Assembly: GCF_001194135.2 (NCBI RefSeq)
Contig: NC_068993.1
Span: 5,344,723 to 5,408,722 of the forward strand
Source of the DNA: Octopus bimaculoides
Taxonomy: Eukaryota
DNA: 64,000 nucleotides
Direction of reading: 5' to 3'
In this document: positions 39,552 to 54,492 of the stretch, one piece after another
Numbering within the stretch: position 1 is the stretch's first letter
Layout of the letters: each line of letters begins with the position of its first letter
Translations under genes and position numbers: made by a program
Notes under the pieces: generated by a model
Database searches by the model: none
The model's input: the letters and a program-made list of their open reading frames with translations, nothing else
Told to the model about the DNA's origin: nothing

Positions 39552-40877
39552 TTAAAGTCTCCCTCAGGACAAAACCTTTTTACTGACTGTTAATAACTGA
39601 CTTCTTTGAAAAAATGGCACTGTCTCTCATTCCAGCCACCCCCACCCCATGAATCAATGCCAGAATTTTTTATTTTAGGGTAAATTCATATTCTTCAATA
39701 ATAACCGACATTTATTGGATGATATTGTTCCTAGAATCTTAAATTTGGAAAATCTATTTCTAAACAGCAAATAACAGTAACACCATTAAAACTCTAGTCT
39801 TGAACGCAGAAGAATATTCAAGTTCTGTTCCCCTTGATTTAGACTTATATGTGGTGGCCATATCTTAAATAGGTTTTGGTTGTATATTGGTTCTGAAATG
39901 GTAAAGTGGTGCCAACTTTGATAAGTAAAACTGATACCTATAAACAATCCTACACACACATACTCATGCTAATGTGGAGCTTCTACCTGCCAGCAAAAGC
40001 AGCTAAATTTTCCTCAAATCACATCTTACATTCTTAAACAAGTAATGGATGTTGTAAACAACATTGTCCTGCATATCAATAAAAAGATAAGATGATCGTA
40101 GCTGGGTAGCTTTTCTCCATAAGTCTACTTGATTGGGGTTGACCCAGCCTTAAACAACAACACACCCACACATATATACATACACACATATGCACACATA
40201 CACACACACACTCACACTTACAATCAACGTTTATGATATAAGCTGACATGGGTAGAACAAGTATTTAAATTCATATCTTTGCATTTATTTTTTTGAGTAG
40301 AAGATATTGGAGTAGTTGCTCTTTATATCATCTGTCTACAACATTATAAAGTTGTTTTAATTCTTGTACAATTTCCGTTTGTGAGTCTAGTGGAACCAGA
40401 ATTGTGTCTCATACTCAAGAGTATAGAACAATTACATTTCCTTGTATGGTTCAATGTGAACTCATGTAATTTATGGATATTTGATAAGACTATATCCTAA
40501 CCTTTCATCTATCATATAATGATATATTAAAAATATGTTTTAGTTTAAGATATCAAGCCAGTCTACTACACATGATATTGCACTCAATTTAAATATTTTT
40601 TAATATCAATCATAATTATTTTTTTTTTAAGTATTGATACAAAATGATACCAGTATTATACTGAGGCAAAATAACTATAAAGTCGATTGTTTAGTTAAAA
40701 AATCTTAATTATAACTAGTCTTTTTCAAAAAAGAGAAAAAGAAAAATACATATACATAGAAATATGTAACATATATATGTATTTAAATGTGTGTGTATAT
40801 ATACACATACACACACATACATATATATATAAATACATACATACACATATACCTATTTATATACACACGTATATATG

Positions 40878-40916
<39 letters not shown>

Positions 40917-41845
40917 NNNNNNNNNNNNNNNNNNNNNNNNNNNNNNNNNNNNNNNNNNNNNNNNNNNNNNNNNNNNNNNNNNNNNNNNNNNNNNNNNNNN
41001 NNNNNNNNNNNNNNNNNNNNNNNNNNNNNNNNNNNNNNNNNNNNNNNNNNNNNNNNNNNNNNNNNNNNNNNNNNNNNNNNNNNNNNNNNNNNNNNNNNNN
41101 NNNNNNNNNNNNNNNNNNNNNNNNNNNNNNNNNNNNNNNNNNNNNNNNNNNNNNNNNNNNNNNNNNNNNNNNNNNNNNNNNNNNNNNNNNNNNNNNNNNN
41201 NNNNNNNNNNNNNNNNNNNNNNNNNNNNNNNNNNNNNNNNNNNNNNNNNNNNNNNNNNNNNNNNNNNNNNNNNNNNNNNNNNNNNNNNNNNNNNNNNNNN
41301 NNNNNNNNNNNNNNNNNNNNNNNNNNNNNNNNNNNNNNNNNNNNNNNNNNNNNNNNNNNNNNNNNNNNNNNNNNNNNNNNNNNNNNNNNNNNNNNNNNNN
41401 NNNNNNNNNNNNNNNNNNNNNNNNNNNNNNNNNNNNNNNNNNNNNNNNNNNNNNNNNNNNNNNNNNNNNNNNNNNNNNNNNNNNNNNNNNNNNNNNNNNN
41501 NNNNNNNNNNNNNNNNNNNNNNNNNNNNNNNNNNNNNNNNNNNNNNNNNNNNNNNNNNNNNNNNNNNNNNNNNNNNNNNNNNNNNNNNNNNNNNNNNNNN
41601 NNNNNNNNNNNNNNNNNNNNNNNNNNNNNNNNNNNNNNNNNNNNNNNNNNNNNNNNNNNNNNNNNNNNNNNNNNNNNNNNNNNNNNNNNNNNNNNNNNNN
41701 NNNNNNNNNNNNNNNNNNNNNNNNNNNNNNNNNNNNNNNNNNNNNNNNNNNNNNNNNNNNNNNNNNNNNNNNNNNNNNNNNNNNNNNNNNNNNNNNNNNN
41801 NNNNNNNNNNNNNNNNNNNNNNNNNNNNNNNNNNNNNNNNNNNNN

Positions 41846-41846
<1 letters not shown>
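40917..41846. other. Largest assembly gap (930 N), flanked by (TA)n
   Basis: N run. Other gaps at 2852-3079, 21091-21245, 24750-24862, 33251-33260, 48515-48710, 49335-49683, 54493-55004, 55322-55331 and 61636-61708. Small exons could be hidden in them. Confidence 0.99.
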
Positions 41847-41898
<52 letters not shown>

Positions 41899-43883
41899 AT
41901 ATATATATGTCTGTGTAAATATTTCTGTGATAACATTTTAATGAAATTCTACAATGAATAGGTATAAAGAAGATGATGAGAAGCAAGGAAAAGGCACTTA
42001 TGATAATTTCACTAACTTACCATTTTCTCGTCTGCATAAACCATTCTCTTGTGATGGAAAATTAAGGAGTACCATCCAACTTACATATAAAAACAATATT
42101 AAACTGAAGGATAGCTCAACACATTTTGAAAGAGTACATGTTTATTAAAATTTTACAAGGGAAAAGGTTGACTGTTGTTTGAAGATTTGTCTCCAGTTTT
42201 ATCCAGTTGAAAAATTCATTGCCATTTCTTCATGACAATAACTTGACTATTCCACAAATCTACCAGTAAAAACAAAAAATGTTTTTTTGTTCAGAATCAC
42301 TGAAGAATTTGAAGCCAAATTCAAAGAAAAACCTGATCTTTTCTTTATACCTATTCATTGTCGAATATATTTTTCTTTTTCATTGACTTGAAAAAAATTG
42401 ACTAATTATTGTTTCATTTTTCTTGATACTGTTCTCTAAAAGCCTAACGTTCGTCATACAAATAATTTAATGCTTTCTCTTGATAATTTAAAATTTAATT
42501 TCTTTGAACTTAATATTTCCGGAAAAAAAAAAAAGAAACATAAGAAAGTTTTCAAAACAAAAGTAAAGTTTAACAGAAATCATATATATATATGTGCATG
42601 TAAATATATTTTTATATTTTTACCCCTTTTTTATAACCCCTGTCCAATTTCAAGTGTTCTTTTTTTATTTATTTTATCATATCTAATTAATTTAATAAGT
42701 AATATTTCTTTCTAAAATTCTCTTTTCTATTCAAAATGAATTTTTATGCATATTTTGCTGAAAATAATTGCTTTGCGCTACTTTTACCTTGGCGTAACTA
42801 TTTATATTATTTTTTTTTATTCTTTCTCCATGACATAAACTTAATTTTTTTTCATATAATGTTTTAATGCTGTTGAAATTTGACTTAAATTCAAATCTAG
42901 GTTCTATAATATCAGCCAAACCCATTTTACCTTCTTGTCAAAAGAATCATTTTATATATTATATCTTATAGCAATAAGACCATTTCAGTTTCCTTATATT
43001 TATTTTTCTCTCTTCTTTACAATGTTTACCCAAATTATAATTTGAATTATAAATTATGTTAAGATACTTATTAAAAAGCTTTGTTAGATATATTACATTA
43101 TATTTATCAAACAAAAAAAATATCAAAAACTATTTTAAAAACTGTGTCAACATTTTGTTGCTTTATTCATTCTTTTTAAGAAACATAAAAGCGAAATTTA
43201 AAAGATTTGAGTGAATATAGTAAAGAAGATACAATTATAACAATATTTCCCTAATTAAATAAATATCTAATTTATTTCTTATTAGGAAAGTATATTTTCA
43301 AATCATTAAGCAAGATCCTGTTTTTTTATATATTTTGTTTGAAGAATATTAGTGATTTAATTGAAATATAATTGCTTTGCTATTAAAACCAATTTTCCAT
43401 ATAAACACAATATACACAATATACATACACACACACACTTATGTACACATGGGTACATACACATTATTCATTTGGAATATACACACCTTTACTGTCATGC
43501 TAATAATTATATATCGAAACACACATATATGGCAATATGTGTGTGTTTATGGTTGTATAAGGCAGTTTTCAAATACATACATGTATGTATGTATTTATAT
43601 ATAAGCACGTATATATACATATTTATTTATTAATATATATAATATATAATGTGTTTATGTATGTATGTGTATATATGTGTGTATATATATATATATTTAT
43701 ATATATATATATGTACATGCACATATATTTTCATACATATGAATGTAAATACTTCACAGGCACACATATTTATATAGTGCACACACAAAAACATGCACAG
43801 ACACACACTCATATATGTACTTATATATATATATATCTATATATAGACATATATAAATTTCTAGAAAAGAAGGGCAACATTCT

Positions 43884-44116
43884 TAGTTTCAAACCCAAAA
43901 GTATAAAAAGTATTTTGGACCATCATCAGGTTGCAAAACCTGTCCATGCCAGCACAGAATTCTTCAAAAACAGTTATTATGTCTCTCCAGAAAGATTACT
44001 TTGAGACAACTGATGACTGTAGCAAATGCTTTTGAAAAGTTCATGTCTGACATGAACATGTTTTGCAAGTAGGTAACGGCCCAAAATATCTTCCATACTT
44101 TCAGATTTGAAAACTA
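43884..44116. mobile_element. Old degenerate foldback MITE
   Basis: Left tagtttcaaacccaaaagtata...tattttggacc...ttgcaaaacctgtccatg versus the reverse complement of right catgaacatgttttgcaa...ggcccaaaata...tacttttcagatttgaaaacta; TA ends. Confidence 0.65.
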
Positions 44117-44227
44117 GTAGTTGCCATTCCATCCTGGAAATTTAGGATATTTTATTAATCAATGATAATTTCACCACTATATTCCACAAGACCACCCTTT
44201 ATTTTGACTCTAACTACCCAAGATCAC

Positions 44228-44265
<38 letters not shown>

Positions 44266-44277
44266 CATTCATATGTA

Positions 44278-44353
<76 letters not shown>

Positions 44354-45010
44354 CATGCATACATACATACAAACATACACATATATTCATACAAATATGT
44401 ACCCACATCACACACACAGACACATATATTATGTGTAGGTAAATACAAACCCTTTGCAAATTTTGAAGTTTTCTACAATGGTTAATTAAAGTTGTTTAGT
44501 CAAGTGAACACCTTAAGCAATTTTTTCTTTCTCGCTACAACTCCTGTATCATACAAGTGACAGAGCTATTCATATCATAGAAGTATGATGCAAATTTCTT
44601 ATTTTAAATTGATCAAAACATTTCTATTAAAACTTTATATTAATTTATGTTCCAAACACTAACATAATATTTACAAAGTTATTTTGATAAGTTCTTCATT
44701 ATTTCTAAAAAAAATTCTTTGAAGCAACAGTTGTGTGTTTCAAGTGAAATACGGTGAGAAAGTGGTTGTAGTGTAAATGTGTGTGTCTCCCATAGCCAAA
44801 ATCAGTCTAACATAACTTAACAAAGCAAGTACTTTAAATTTACGCCTATAATCCAGCCACAAGGGTTTCTGTTGAGTTAATCTTTGCTCACAATCCTCGG
44901 AGCAAACCGAAGTAAGATGCCAAGCTATGGAATTAAACCTGGGAGCTCCATGATTTCACAGGATACACTTACTCTAGTTGTGCTGAATTATATTTTGTTT
45001 ACACCATATA

Positions 45011-45254
45011 AAAGGCACCTGTGTTGGCACCATGCAGAAAGCACTTGTGATGGCACCATGTTAAAAAGCACCCATGCTAGCACCTAGTAAAATGCACCCA
45101 GTACACTTTGTAAAATAGTTGGCATTTGGAAGGGCATCCAGCTGTAGAAACCATGCCAAAAGAGACAAGTGAAAAGCAGTCATCTGGCTTGCCAGCTCCT
45201 GTTAAACTGTCCAACCCATACCAGCATGGAAAACAGATGTTAAATGATGATGAC

Positions 45255-45341
<87 letters not shown>
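45011..45341 (+). mobile_element. RTE-tailed SINE family D with long (GAT)n tail
   Basis: ggaagggcatccagctgtagaaacc...ccaacccataccagcatggaaaacagatgttaaatgatgatg..., tail to 45341. Confidence 0.88.
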
Positions 45342-45379
45342 ATAAAAATCATAGACATCACTCACAAGCAAGTATGACC

Positions 45380-45630
45380 TGATAGCATGTCTCAAGCCTT
45401 TTCAGGTACCCATGTAATCACATCCAAGCATACACAACCTCTCAGTCTTTCCCATCCCTTAATCCAGGGAAGATGTGAATTAGGCTGAGACACATTTTTC
45501 AGCTGACTAGACTGGAGCAATGTAAAATGAAGTGCCTTGCTCAAGGACGTGGCATATAGCCCATCCTAGGAGCTGAACACATTCCCTTGTGATCAGAAGG
45601 CCAGCACCCATAACCACTAGGCTACGTGCA
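45380..45630 (-). mobile_element. tRNA-derived SINE family C, degenerate
   Basis: Reverse complement contains gtagcctagtggttatggg and ccttgagcaaggcacttcattttacattgctccagtc. Confidence 0.7.
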
Positions 45631-46436
45631 TATTTTATGAAAGTAATATTTCTAAAATATCATAGCAAGATAATCGATACTTTTATTTTACCCATGCGAA
45701 TATGATGACACATAGTGTGATTTTTACACATGATATGCCAGTATTAATGAGATTCCTAAAACCTTATTTTATGTACATACATGTATATATAAAAACACAT
45801 GAATGTGTGCAGATGAATTTGTATAACTATTTCAAAATATGTTCATAATTATACAATCATACATACACATATATAAATACTTGCAATCATTATTTTTATA
45901 TGCTTCAATCAAAATATCAATTTTGCATACACACACACATGCATGTGCATACGTGCACGGATGCACACAGGCATCGACAAATTCAAACATATGTTCCTAC
46001 TCTGTATTTTGTATTACTTCTCTGACTTTGTCAATGAGAAATTCAGAATAAATACAATGGCAAGCCTAGACTTACAATAAATGAATAAACTCTACCATAT
46101 GTATTGAGTACTTCCACCACCCACGTTTGTAACCTCAAATATATGTTCACATCAATACACACACACATGATACATACATACATATGTGTGTGTAAGTGTG
46201 TTTGTGTATATATACATATATATATACCTATATGTGTATGTATGTATATATATATGTTCACATATATATACATACATATTTATACATTTATATATGAATG
46301 CATTATTATTCGTGTAGTTGTGTATGTTTTAACATTGATCAGCTCATGTAAGAGTGTGAACTAATGCATTTTTTTTACTATGAATTTATTCAACTGTGAA
46401 ACTAAAATAAATTCTTCTCCCCCTCTCTCTTTCCCA

Positions 46437-46487
<51 letters not shown>

Positions 46488-47187
46488 CATAAGCCAATAT
46501 TTTACTTTTTTCCTTCATTATTAACCCCTTCTATTATTAAACAAAAGAAACCACATTAACATCAAAGAGAAACAAATCATGATATATCGAATAAAACAGA
46601 GAATAAAACCAAATTATCTTTCTAGAATTAAATTAGGATAGAAGCCTTAAACGTCTTTCGGAAAGATTACTTGAATTTGTTTCGCTGATTACTTTTTTAT
46701 CAGGATGGAAGTCATTAGAGGTTTTTTTACTCTTAAATAAGCTTTATACATACGAAAAATAACTGCAGAATTTACAGTAAGAAAATGGATATTCTTGCTT
46801 CAAATAAAGCAGAAGATATTTCTAAGTTGAAACCATTAATTTTCCCTTTTTCCATACAAATATTTAAATTATTCTTAAACTTTATAGCAGTTTCATACAA
46901 ATGTTTGTTTTTATACCCCAACTGAAGTTTATGTTTAATATATGCAATATGCACAAAATCGCTGGATCCCTGTCAAGGATTTTAATAGCTGTTAGACTTA
47001 TATTTGACAATTGAAATAAACTGATTATACAGTTAAATAACTTCGGTAACATGCAATTATTTTTCCTCTCTGTCACAATATATTCTACATTTATATAAAT
47101 GTATGTATGTACATATGTATGTATGTATGTATATATATTTATGTATGTATAAACCATACACACACACATGCACACACACATACACAC

Positions 47188-47255
<68 letters not shown>

Positions 47256-48179
47256 TACAGATCCCATAGAGGTAGAATCAACAAAACAAATACTCCATCC
47301 AGTGAAAGATAAATATTAGTAGCTCTTTCAGTTGTGTATTTAAATTGATATATGGGTGTGTGTGTGTGTATTTATTTATATATATTTATATATTTATATA
47401 TATATATGTTGGAATAAACCCAGTTTGTATGTAACTCGTTTCCATAATATTTACATATAGAGTTTGAAGTAATATAGTTGCATGAAACATGAAGCTTTAG
47501 GATTTAACGAGTTTCCACAATAAGACAATTCTGTAACTCATTGGAAGAGAAGAGTAAGGTATGAGAATTTTAAGATGATTTATGATTTCGTTTTTTCATT
47601 ATCATCCAGGTTGGACACCATTACATAACTGTTAAGAATCTCATAGGAATATTATTAACTTAGAATTATTCATTGCTTGAAATTTCTTCCATTTCATGTC
47701 AGTGAGATTTTCATAATATTCCCAACTTCTAGAGTAGTGGAAATAACTGGGATTATGTGATACCAGGCTTAATAACTGAATATATCTAGTTTGATAGTTT
47801 AATGTTCTAAGTTCAAATCCTGCCAGAACTGTTATCAATTAATGTCCCTGCCCAAGATAAAAATATGTACTGATAATATACTGGATTTAAGACATGTATT
47901 ATTCACTTCCTATGGAAAAATTGGTCTTGTAACAAATCCCAGTTTTATTACAGTGGGAAAATGGGCAATGTAACTCCTGTTTTAATCACCTCTACTCCTC
48001 TCACAACCCTTTTGGTGTCCACTTCTACCCCCAAGCTCCACATTCTCATCACTCTCTAAATGGTAACAGTTTACTCCTCAGCTCAAAATTGCTGGCCTTG
48101 TGCCTAAATCAGAAGCAATTATTAACATGTGGACAGTGAATTAGCAAAATCATCAATGCATAGAGAAAAAAAAATCTGC

Positions 48180-48345
48180 TGTTTGTTTTGAGTTCTAATC
48201 CTGCTGAAATCAACTTTGATTTGTATCTCCCCTGCATCAGTAAAACACAGTACCAGTCAAGTACTGGCATCAGTTTAATCGATGGCCCTGGTGTTCACAT
48301 TAAATTTCTTGTCTTGTACCAAAGTTAGAAATTATCATAATAAAT
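48180..48345 (+). mobile_element. Degenerate SINE family A copy
   Basis: gagttctaatcctgctgaaatcaactttg...gtaccagtcaagtactgg...aaatttcttgtcttgtaccaaagttagaaattatc. Confidence 0.6.
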
Positions 48346-48439
48346 ATCAATCTCTCCCTTTACCCATATGCTAAATGTAGCCATTAGTACAATAACCACG
48401 AAAATAGCATGATTCAGCCCAATTCAGTGCAAATGCATA

Positions 48440-48471
<32 letters not shown>

Positions 48472-48483
48472 ATGAATACATTA

Positions 48484-48514
<31 letters not shown>

Positions 48515-50647
48515 NNNNNNNNNNNNNNNNNNNNNNNNNNNNNNNNNNNNNNNNNNNNNNNNNNNNNNNNNNNNNNNNNNNNNNNNNNNNNNNNNNNNNN
48601 NNNNNNNNNNNNNNNNNNNNNNNNNNNNNNNNNNNNNNNNNNNNNNNNNNNNNNNNNNNNNNNNNNNNNNNNNNNNNNNNNNNNNNNNNNNNNNNNNNNN
48701 NNNNNNNNNNTTTGAGTGAATGTACATGTGTGTGATTGTGATTTTGTGCGTGTGTGTGTGTGTGTCTCTGTGTGTGTGTGTGTGTGTGTGTGTATGCCAC
48801 ACTAAATTAATATAGATATCCTTTTCAGTTAGCTGTGGATTTTTTTTTATTTTTGTTTTTCATTCTTTTAGAATTTCAAGTTCGTTAATAAAAGCTGATT
48901 AACTTTATTTCATTCCCTCCTAGTTCTCTCTCTCTCTCTTGCTATCTCTTTCTCTTCCTCTTCCTCTTCTCTCTATATCTTCCCTCTCTCTCTCTCTCCC
49001 GCTCCCTCTCTTTCTTATCTATTTACTCTTCAAAAGAATTTTTATTTTATATTTTTTCTTCTTTTCCTAAGAAATGATTTCAAGTTTTCTATTTTGTTCC
49101 TGATTAAAGAAAAACCCATTTCCTGAGGTTTTCATCGATCTATTCAAAGACACATTCCTATCCCAATATGTAGCTGAGAATTTGGCATACCTGCAATCTA
49201 GATCTAGTTCCTTGCTTCAAAAATACCTGCCAGTATAAAGGGGCATTCATCAACTTAATTTTTTTTTATTTAAAATTTATTTATTTTGTTTATATATATG
49301 TGTGCATATATATGTATATATGTAGATATATATANNNNNNNNNNNNNNNNNNNNNNNNNNNNNNNNNNNNNNNNNNNNNNNNNNNNNNNNNNNNNNNNNN
49401 NNNNNNNNNNNNNNNNNNNNNNNNNNNNNNNNNNNNNNNNNNNNNNNNNNNNNNNNNNNNNNNNNNNNNNNNNNNNNNNNNNNNNNNNNNNNNNNNNNNN
49501 NNNNNNNNNNNNNNNNNNNNNNNNNNNNNNNNNNNNNNNNNNNNNNNNNNNNNNNNNNNNNNNNNNNNNNNNNNNNNNNNNNNNNNNNNNNNNNNNNNNN
49601 NNNNNNNNNNNNNNNNNNNNNNNNNNNNNNNNNNNNNNNNNNNNNNNNNNNNNNNNNNNNNNNNNNNNNNNNNNNNNNNNNNNATAGTAATAATAATAAC
49701 AACAATAATAATAATAATAATACCAACAACAAAAATATGATGATAATAATATAATAACCAAGATAATTATGATGATAATAATTTCTTTGTTACATACAAT
49801 ATAATGAGATATATTTTTAGCATTTCAAGTAGTTGTTTAAGGTCATTTTAGTAAGAATTAAAAAAGAAATAACAAAAAAGCCTACACAATTGGAAAAAAG
49901 ATCTTATAAGCTAAATTTGAGAAGAATATCTATAGATAATAATTTCTTTTGTGAAGATGAGGAAATAAGCTACAAGATATGACTTCTCAGAGTGAATGTT
50001 TAAGATAAAGTACTAAAGAAATATTTGTATGTTGAAACAAAATAGCATTTGTGTTGAAGAATATCTTTTAAAATACCAAAATGAAAAGATTATCAATTGC
50101 AATCGTTAATTGCAACCATTATAGAATTATTTAGTTCAAGTACAACAGCCTACGAAATATATATATTTCTTCCTTTTTCTAAGTATATTTTTACCATTTT
50201 TCCATGATATCATGTGTAATACATACATACATAGATATATGTGTGTGTGTGTACATATACCCCATCTCACAGACATGTGGGAGTCATGCCAATAAATAAC
50301 TACAAGACCTCAAATTTAACCAAATTCTATTCTTCATCTACCTTAAAATGGATTTTAACGAACTGTGAACCTAACTAAAATGTAAGACTCTTGAACCATT
50401 GGACATTTTCTTTTCCGATGTATCCCTCTACCTTTCACTCTTTTCTCTACCTGTGACATCTTCGTTCTGATGATGTCTACCATTGGCAACGAGGTAAAAA
50501 TATAAATATATATTTTCCTCAGCATGATACACAGAAACGATCGTAAACTCACTCTTACTCTCACCTTTCTTAACTAATTAAATAAGGGCTTCCTAGCACA
50601 AAAACACACTTCTTATTGTTATTTTTCCTCCATTTTCTTATCGTCTG

Positions 50648-50711
<64 letters not shown>

Positions 50712-50884
50712 TACATACATACACATATGTATGTTTGTATGTATAAATGAATGCAAATAAATCTGGGAAAGAGGGTCCATATATTGATACATGGTGTACC
50801 CTGCTTGAATTATAAAGGTTTAACTTTTAAAATTGCATGCTCTAATCTTGTCACTGCACTCTAATCTCCATAGTATCCAAATAC

Positions 50885-51600
50885 TACACCCTATAGCCAC
50901 CATTGCACAATAATACTATGACCTATAGCTATCATATCACATAATACTATAGCCTACAACCATCATTGCACATTATTACTATGACCAATAAAGCACACAA
51001 ATCCTATAGCCTATAGCCATTACAGTACACTTATTCTTCAGCCTATAAACACCATTGGTCTCTAATGCCACAGCCTATAGACATCACATCACAATAATAC
51101 TACAGTCTATAGCCACCAATGCTTACTAATGCTACAGTCTATAGCAGTGGTTCTCAACCAGGATTCATATGGCCCCTATGGGTCCATATAAGATTTTGGC
51201 AGGGTCCATGCAACAAAATAGTAAATTGAGGATCCACATTATTATTTTAAGGGATCCCAAAAAATATTTCGCTTTAGATGTACCTATTGGTATGTATTGC
51301 AAGAAACAGCTAGGTTTCTTTTTCTAACGTTTTACATGGTTCAATCTATAGAAGGTGATGTGTGAAAAACCAAATAGGAATTTTGAAAGAAGTTTCTATA
51401 AAATGAGTTTTAAACATCAAATGGCTATGGGGGCTTACCAGAATAGACCAATAACCAAAGGGGTCTGTAGATAAAAAATGATTGAGAACCCCTGGTCTAT
51501 AGCTATCACACCACATAATACTACAGTCGATTGCAAACATGGTACACTAACACTATAGTCTATACTCATAATATACTGTTACTATACAGTATAACCATCA
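50885..51600. repeat. Degenerate ~32-bp minisatellite interrupted by a hAT MITE
   Basis: Units such as ctatagccaccattgcacaataatactatgac repeat on both sides of 51145-51494. Confidence 0.8.
51145..51494. mobile_element. hAT (Charlie-like) MITE
   Basis: TIRs cagtggttctcaa / ttgagaacccctg (12/13); perfect 8-bp TSD GTCTATAG at 51137-51144 and 51495-51502. Confidence 0.9.
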
Positions 51601-53553
51601 TACTAACTAATACTACAAATAGTATTCAAAATAAATGGTAGCCTCTTATTGCAATCTCAAGATTACTTCCATTACCATCCTCTTTATTACTGCTATCATT
51701 TCATACCTCTATCTTTTACAATTATTAGTATGAACCATCATTATTATGAGAAGCCATTCACACCATATTTTGGTGTTGGAATGGACTTTTGTTTCAAAGA
51801 TTCCCATTATATCACCATTACATCTCTCTGCTACAATTTCTTAAATTACGATTAGCTTTCTGCTGCTGCTGCTATTACTACTGCAGCTGCTGCTGCCACT
51901 ACTATTACGACTACTACTAAATGCATGCTTAGTATGAACGCTACTAATGTTACTACTACAAGTTCCATTATTTACACCGATATCAGTATTGATGTTGTAG
52001 TTATATAATAGACAATTAACTACTTTGAGAGACACTTTGCTCTATTCCATTAATATACACTACTGCTATTTTTGATATAACTGCTGCTGCTGCTGCTGCT
52101 GCTACTATTATTGCTGCTGCTTTTGCTGCTGTTGCTACTACTGCTGCTGCTGCCGCTGCTGCCACTGCTGAGGGTGTTTTTCAGTGATATTACATAAAAT
52201 TTAATCTGTTATCTCATATGGTTTTATGGCAAACCAGAAATTGGTTGTTGATGATTTTTCTGGGTCATTGTAGTGCAGTTTGTCTCTTCCCTGATCAATT
52301 AGATACTCACAGGATGTGGTGGAATGTTTCTCTAGAAGAATTCATAAAGGAAAGAGTAGTGTGTGTGTGTGTGTGTGTGGTGGGGGTGGAGAGAAACCGT
52401 GATGAAGAATATATCCAAAATCTTAAAATTGAACTTACTAAAATAGAAATAATTTTCTAATCATTTAATAATTTTTACATGTCTTCTCCCCACCCCTTCA
52501 CCATCACACAGTTTCATTTTAACGATGGATATTAAAGTATCAGGCTTCACTCTGTCTCTCTCATTTTCTGTCTCTTTCATTCTCTCTCTCTCTCTCTCAC
52601 AATGTTTTATAGATAACTGTCAAAGAATCCCACCAAATCTCATCTTTGAAATTAGATTATAAAATGATACGTTCTTTTAATATTGTTTCAGAGTGATGTA
52701 CGTCACTATATTCCAGTGTGACTCCACCATTTTGTCTCATAGTTTCGAGGGTATAATAAGCTCAACACCAAAATAATGTCTTAGCTACATTATCTCATAG
52801 TTTGACAACTGACTATGATCTGTGTCTTCTCGTAAATAGATTCCTCATTCTTCTGATGAATCCAAAATTATTGGTTTCATGGAACTTTATTAAAACTGCA
52901 TTCACCTTCAAAGTGTAAAATTACCAAAATATGACATACATGATTTTCTGATTCCATGATACACGAAAACCATGGCTTGGTCATACAATGTGACAGAATG
53001 TTCATAACAAGATGAAACAGCATTGCATGCTTAACTGAATGATGATAGAATAATGGTAATTTGAAATGTCCATTGAGAGTGGAATTCAACGAAGATTTCA
53101 TTATGTCAAAGAAAGAAAAGTGTAGTCCATAACTTCTTAGATCTCCAACAAATCAAAATAGAGAAGGGATGAGCATTTTTGCTCAGTTACAATATAATCT
53201 CAAAAATATGTGACCCTCATATTCGGTGCCTATACACGAAAATATATTTGTTATTAATATATTCATTCTTGTTTACATCCATTTTTCCATGCTTGCACAG
53301 GTTAGAGGAATATATTTATTAAGGCATTGCTTCGTAAACAGATGCTCTTAGCTGTTTTTTAAGTAAGGTGTCACTAACTTTACACACCTCTGAAGGTACA
53401 AAACCAGCAAATTATTTGTCGGTGGATTCTTCATCCAGGGAGATAGGAAGAAAAAATTAAAAAAGAGATACAGAGAAATTTAACATATGAGATGCTGATG
53501 GGCACATGCTAGGCTTTCTAGCATGCAATGAGTAAAAGAATGCCAGACTCACG

Positions 53554-53770
53554 CATGTTTTCCATGCTGACGTGGGTTGGACAGTTTGACAGGTCTGGCA
53601 AGTCAGAGTTCTGCACCAGGCTCCAACTGTCTGTTTTGGCCCAGTTTCTATGGCTGGATGCCCTTCATAATGCCATCCACTTTACAGAGTGTACTTGGTG
53701 CTTTTACACGGCATCAGCATGGGAACTTTTTATGCGGCCCCAGCATGAGTGTTTTTTATGTGGCACCAAC
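53554..53770 (-). mobile_element. RTE-tailed SINE family D
   Basis: tgttttccatgctgacgtgggttggacag...tttctatggctggatgcccttc, reverse-complementary to 45090-45240. Confidence 0.85.
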
Positions 53771-54442
53771 ACATATGCCCTATGTATGTATGCCACATTT
53801 TCTTATATTACCCACGATGGCAAAAGTATAGTTTCAAAGTTACCCATTATATAAAAGGTATCACTCTAGTATTAAAATAAGGAAATAAAAAATTATTCAC
53901 CAGGATGGGTATTTTCCATGTGGCATAGAGACATTATCTCTTCCATTTTACTTTATAACAGAAATTTTATACAAACATTAGGTTGTTTTCCTTTTTTTTG
54001 GGGGGGGGTTGTAAATTTGTTAATCCAGCAAAGCATTTTTGAAAAGATAAAATTAATTACTTACTGAAAATTGTCTTAATATAAAAAAAAATAAAGATAT
54101 TAAGTTGGAAATAATCCTTATCTCTTTCTATTTAATCTAAAATGTATCTTTGTTGTAGAACACTGTCAATATCAGAATTGGAATTGATAATGCTGCTAAG
54201 CTAATTACCATATTCCTTACCATCATCATCATCATCATCATCATAATTATCATCATCATTATCATCATTGTCATCATTATCATCACCATCACCATCATCA
54301 TTGTCATCCTCAGTTTTTCTTAATTTTACAAACTTTATTTTTTTCTCTATTGCTTTATAAGCAAATTATATATTCCAAGTCTCCTAATACATATATATAC
54401 ACTCATATATATGTATGTATGTATGTATGTATATATATATGC

Positions 54443-54492
<50 letters not shown>

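Noticed and set aside
49110-49220. Possible CR1 endonuclease relic or exon after a long pyrimidine tract (FIDLFKDTFLSQYV...LDLV)
   Set aside because: Too short and frameshifted; no convincing donor or open phase-0 frame.
52854-52890. Second CTGATGA...TGGA motif resembling a hammerhead
   Set aside because: The GAAA core is missing.
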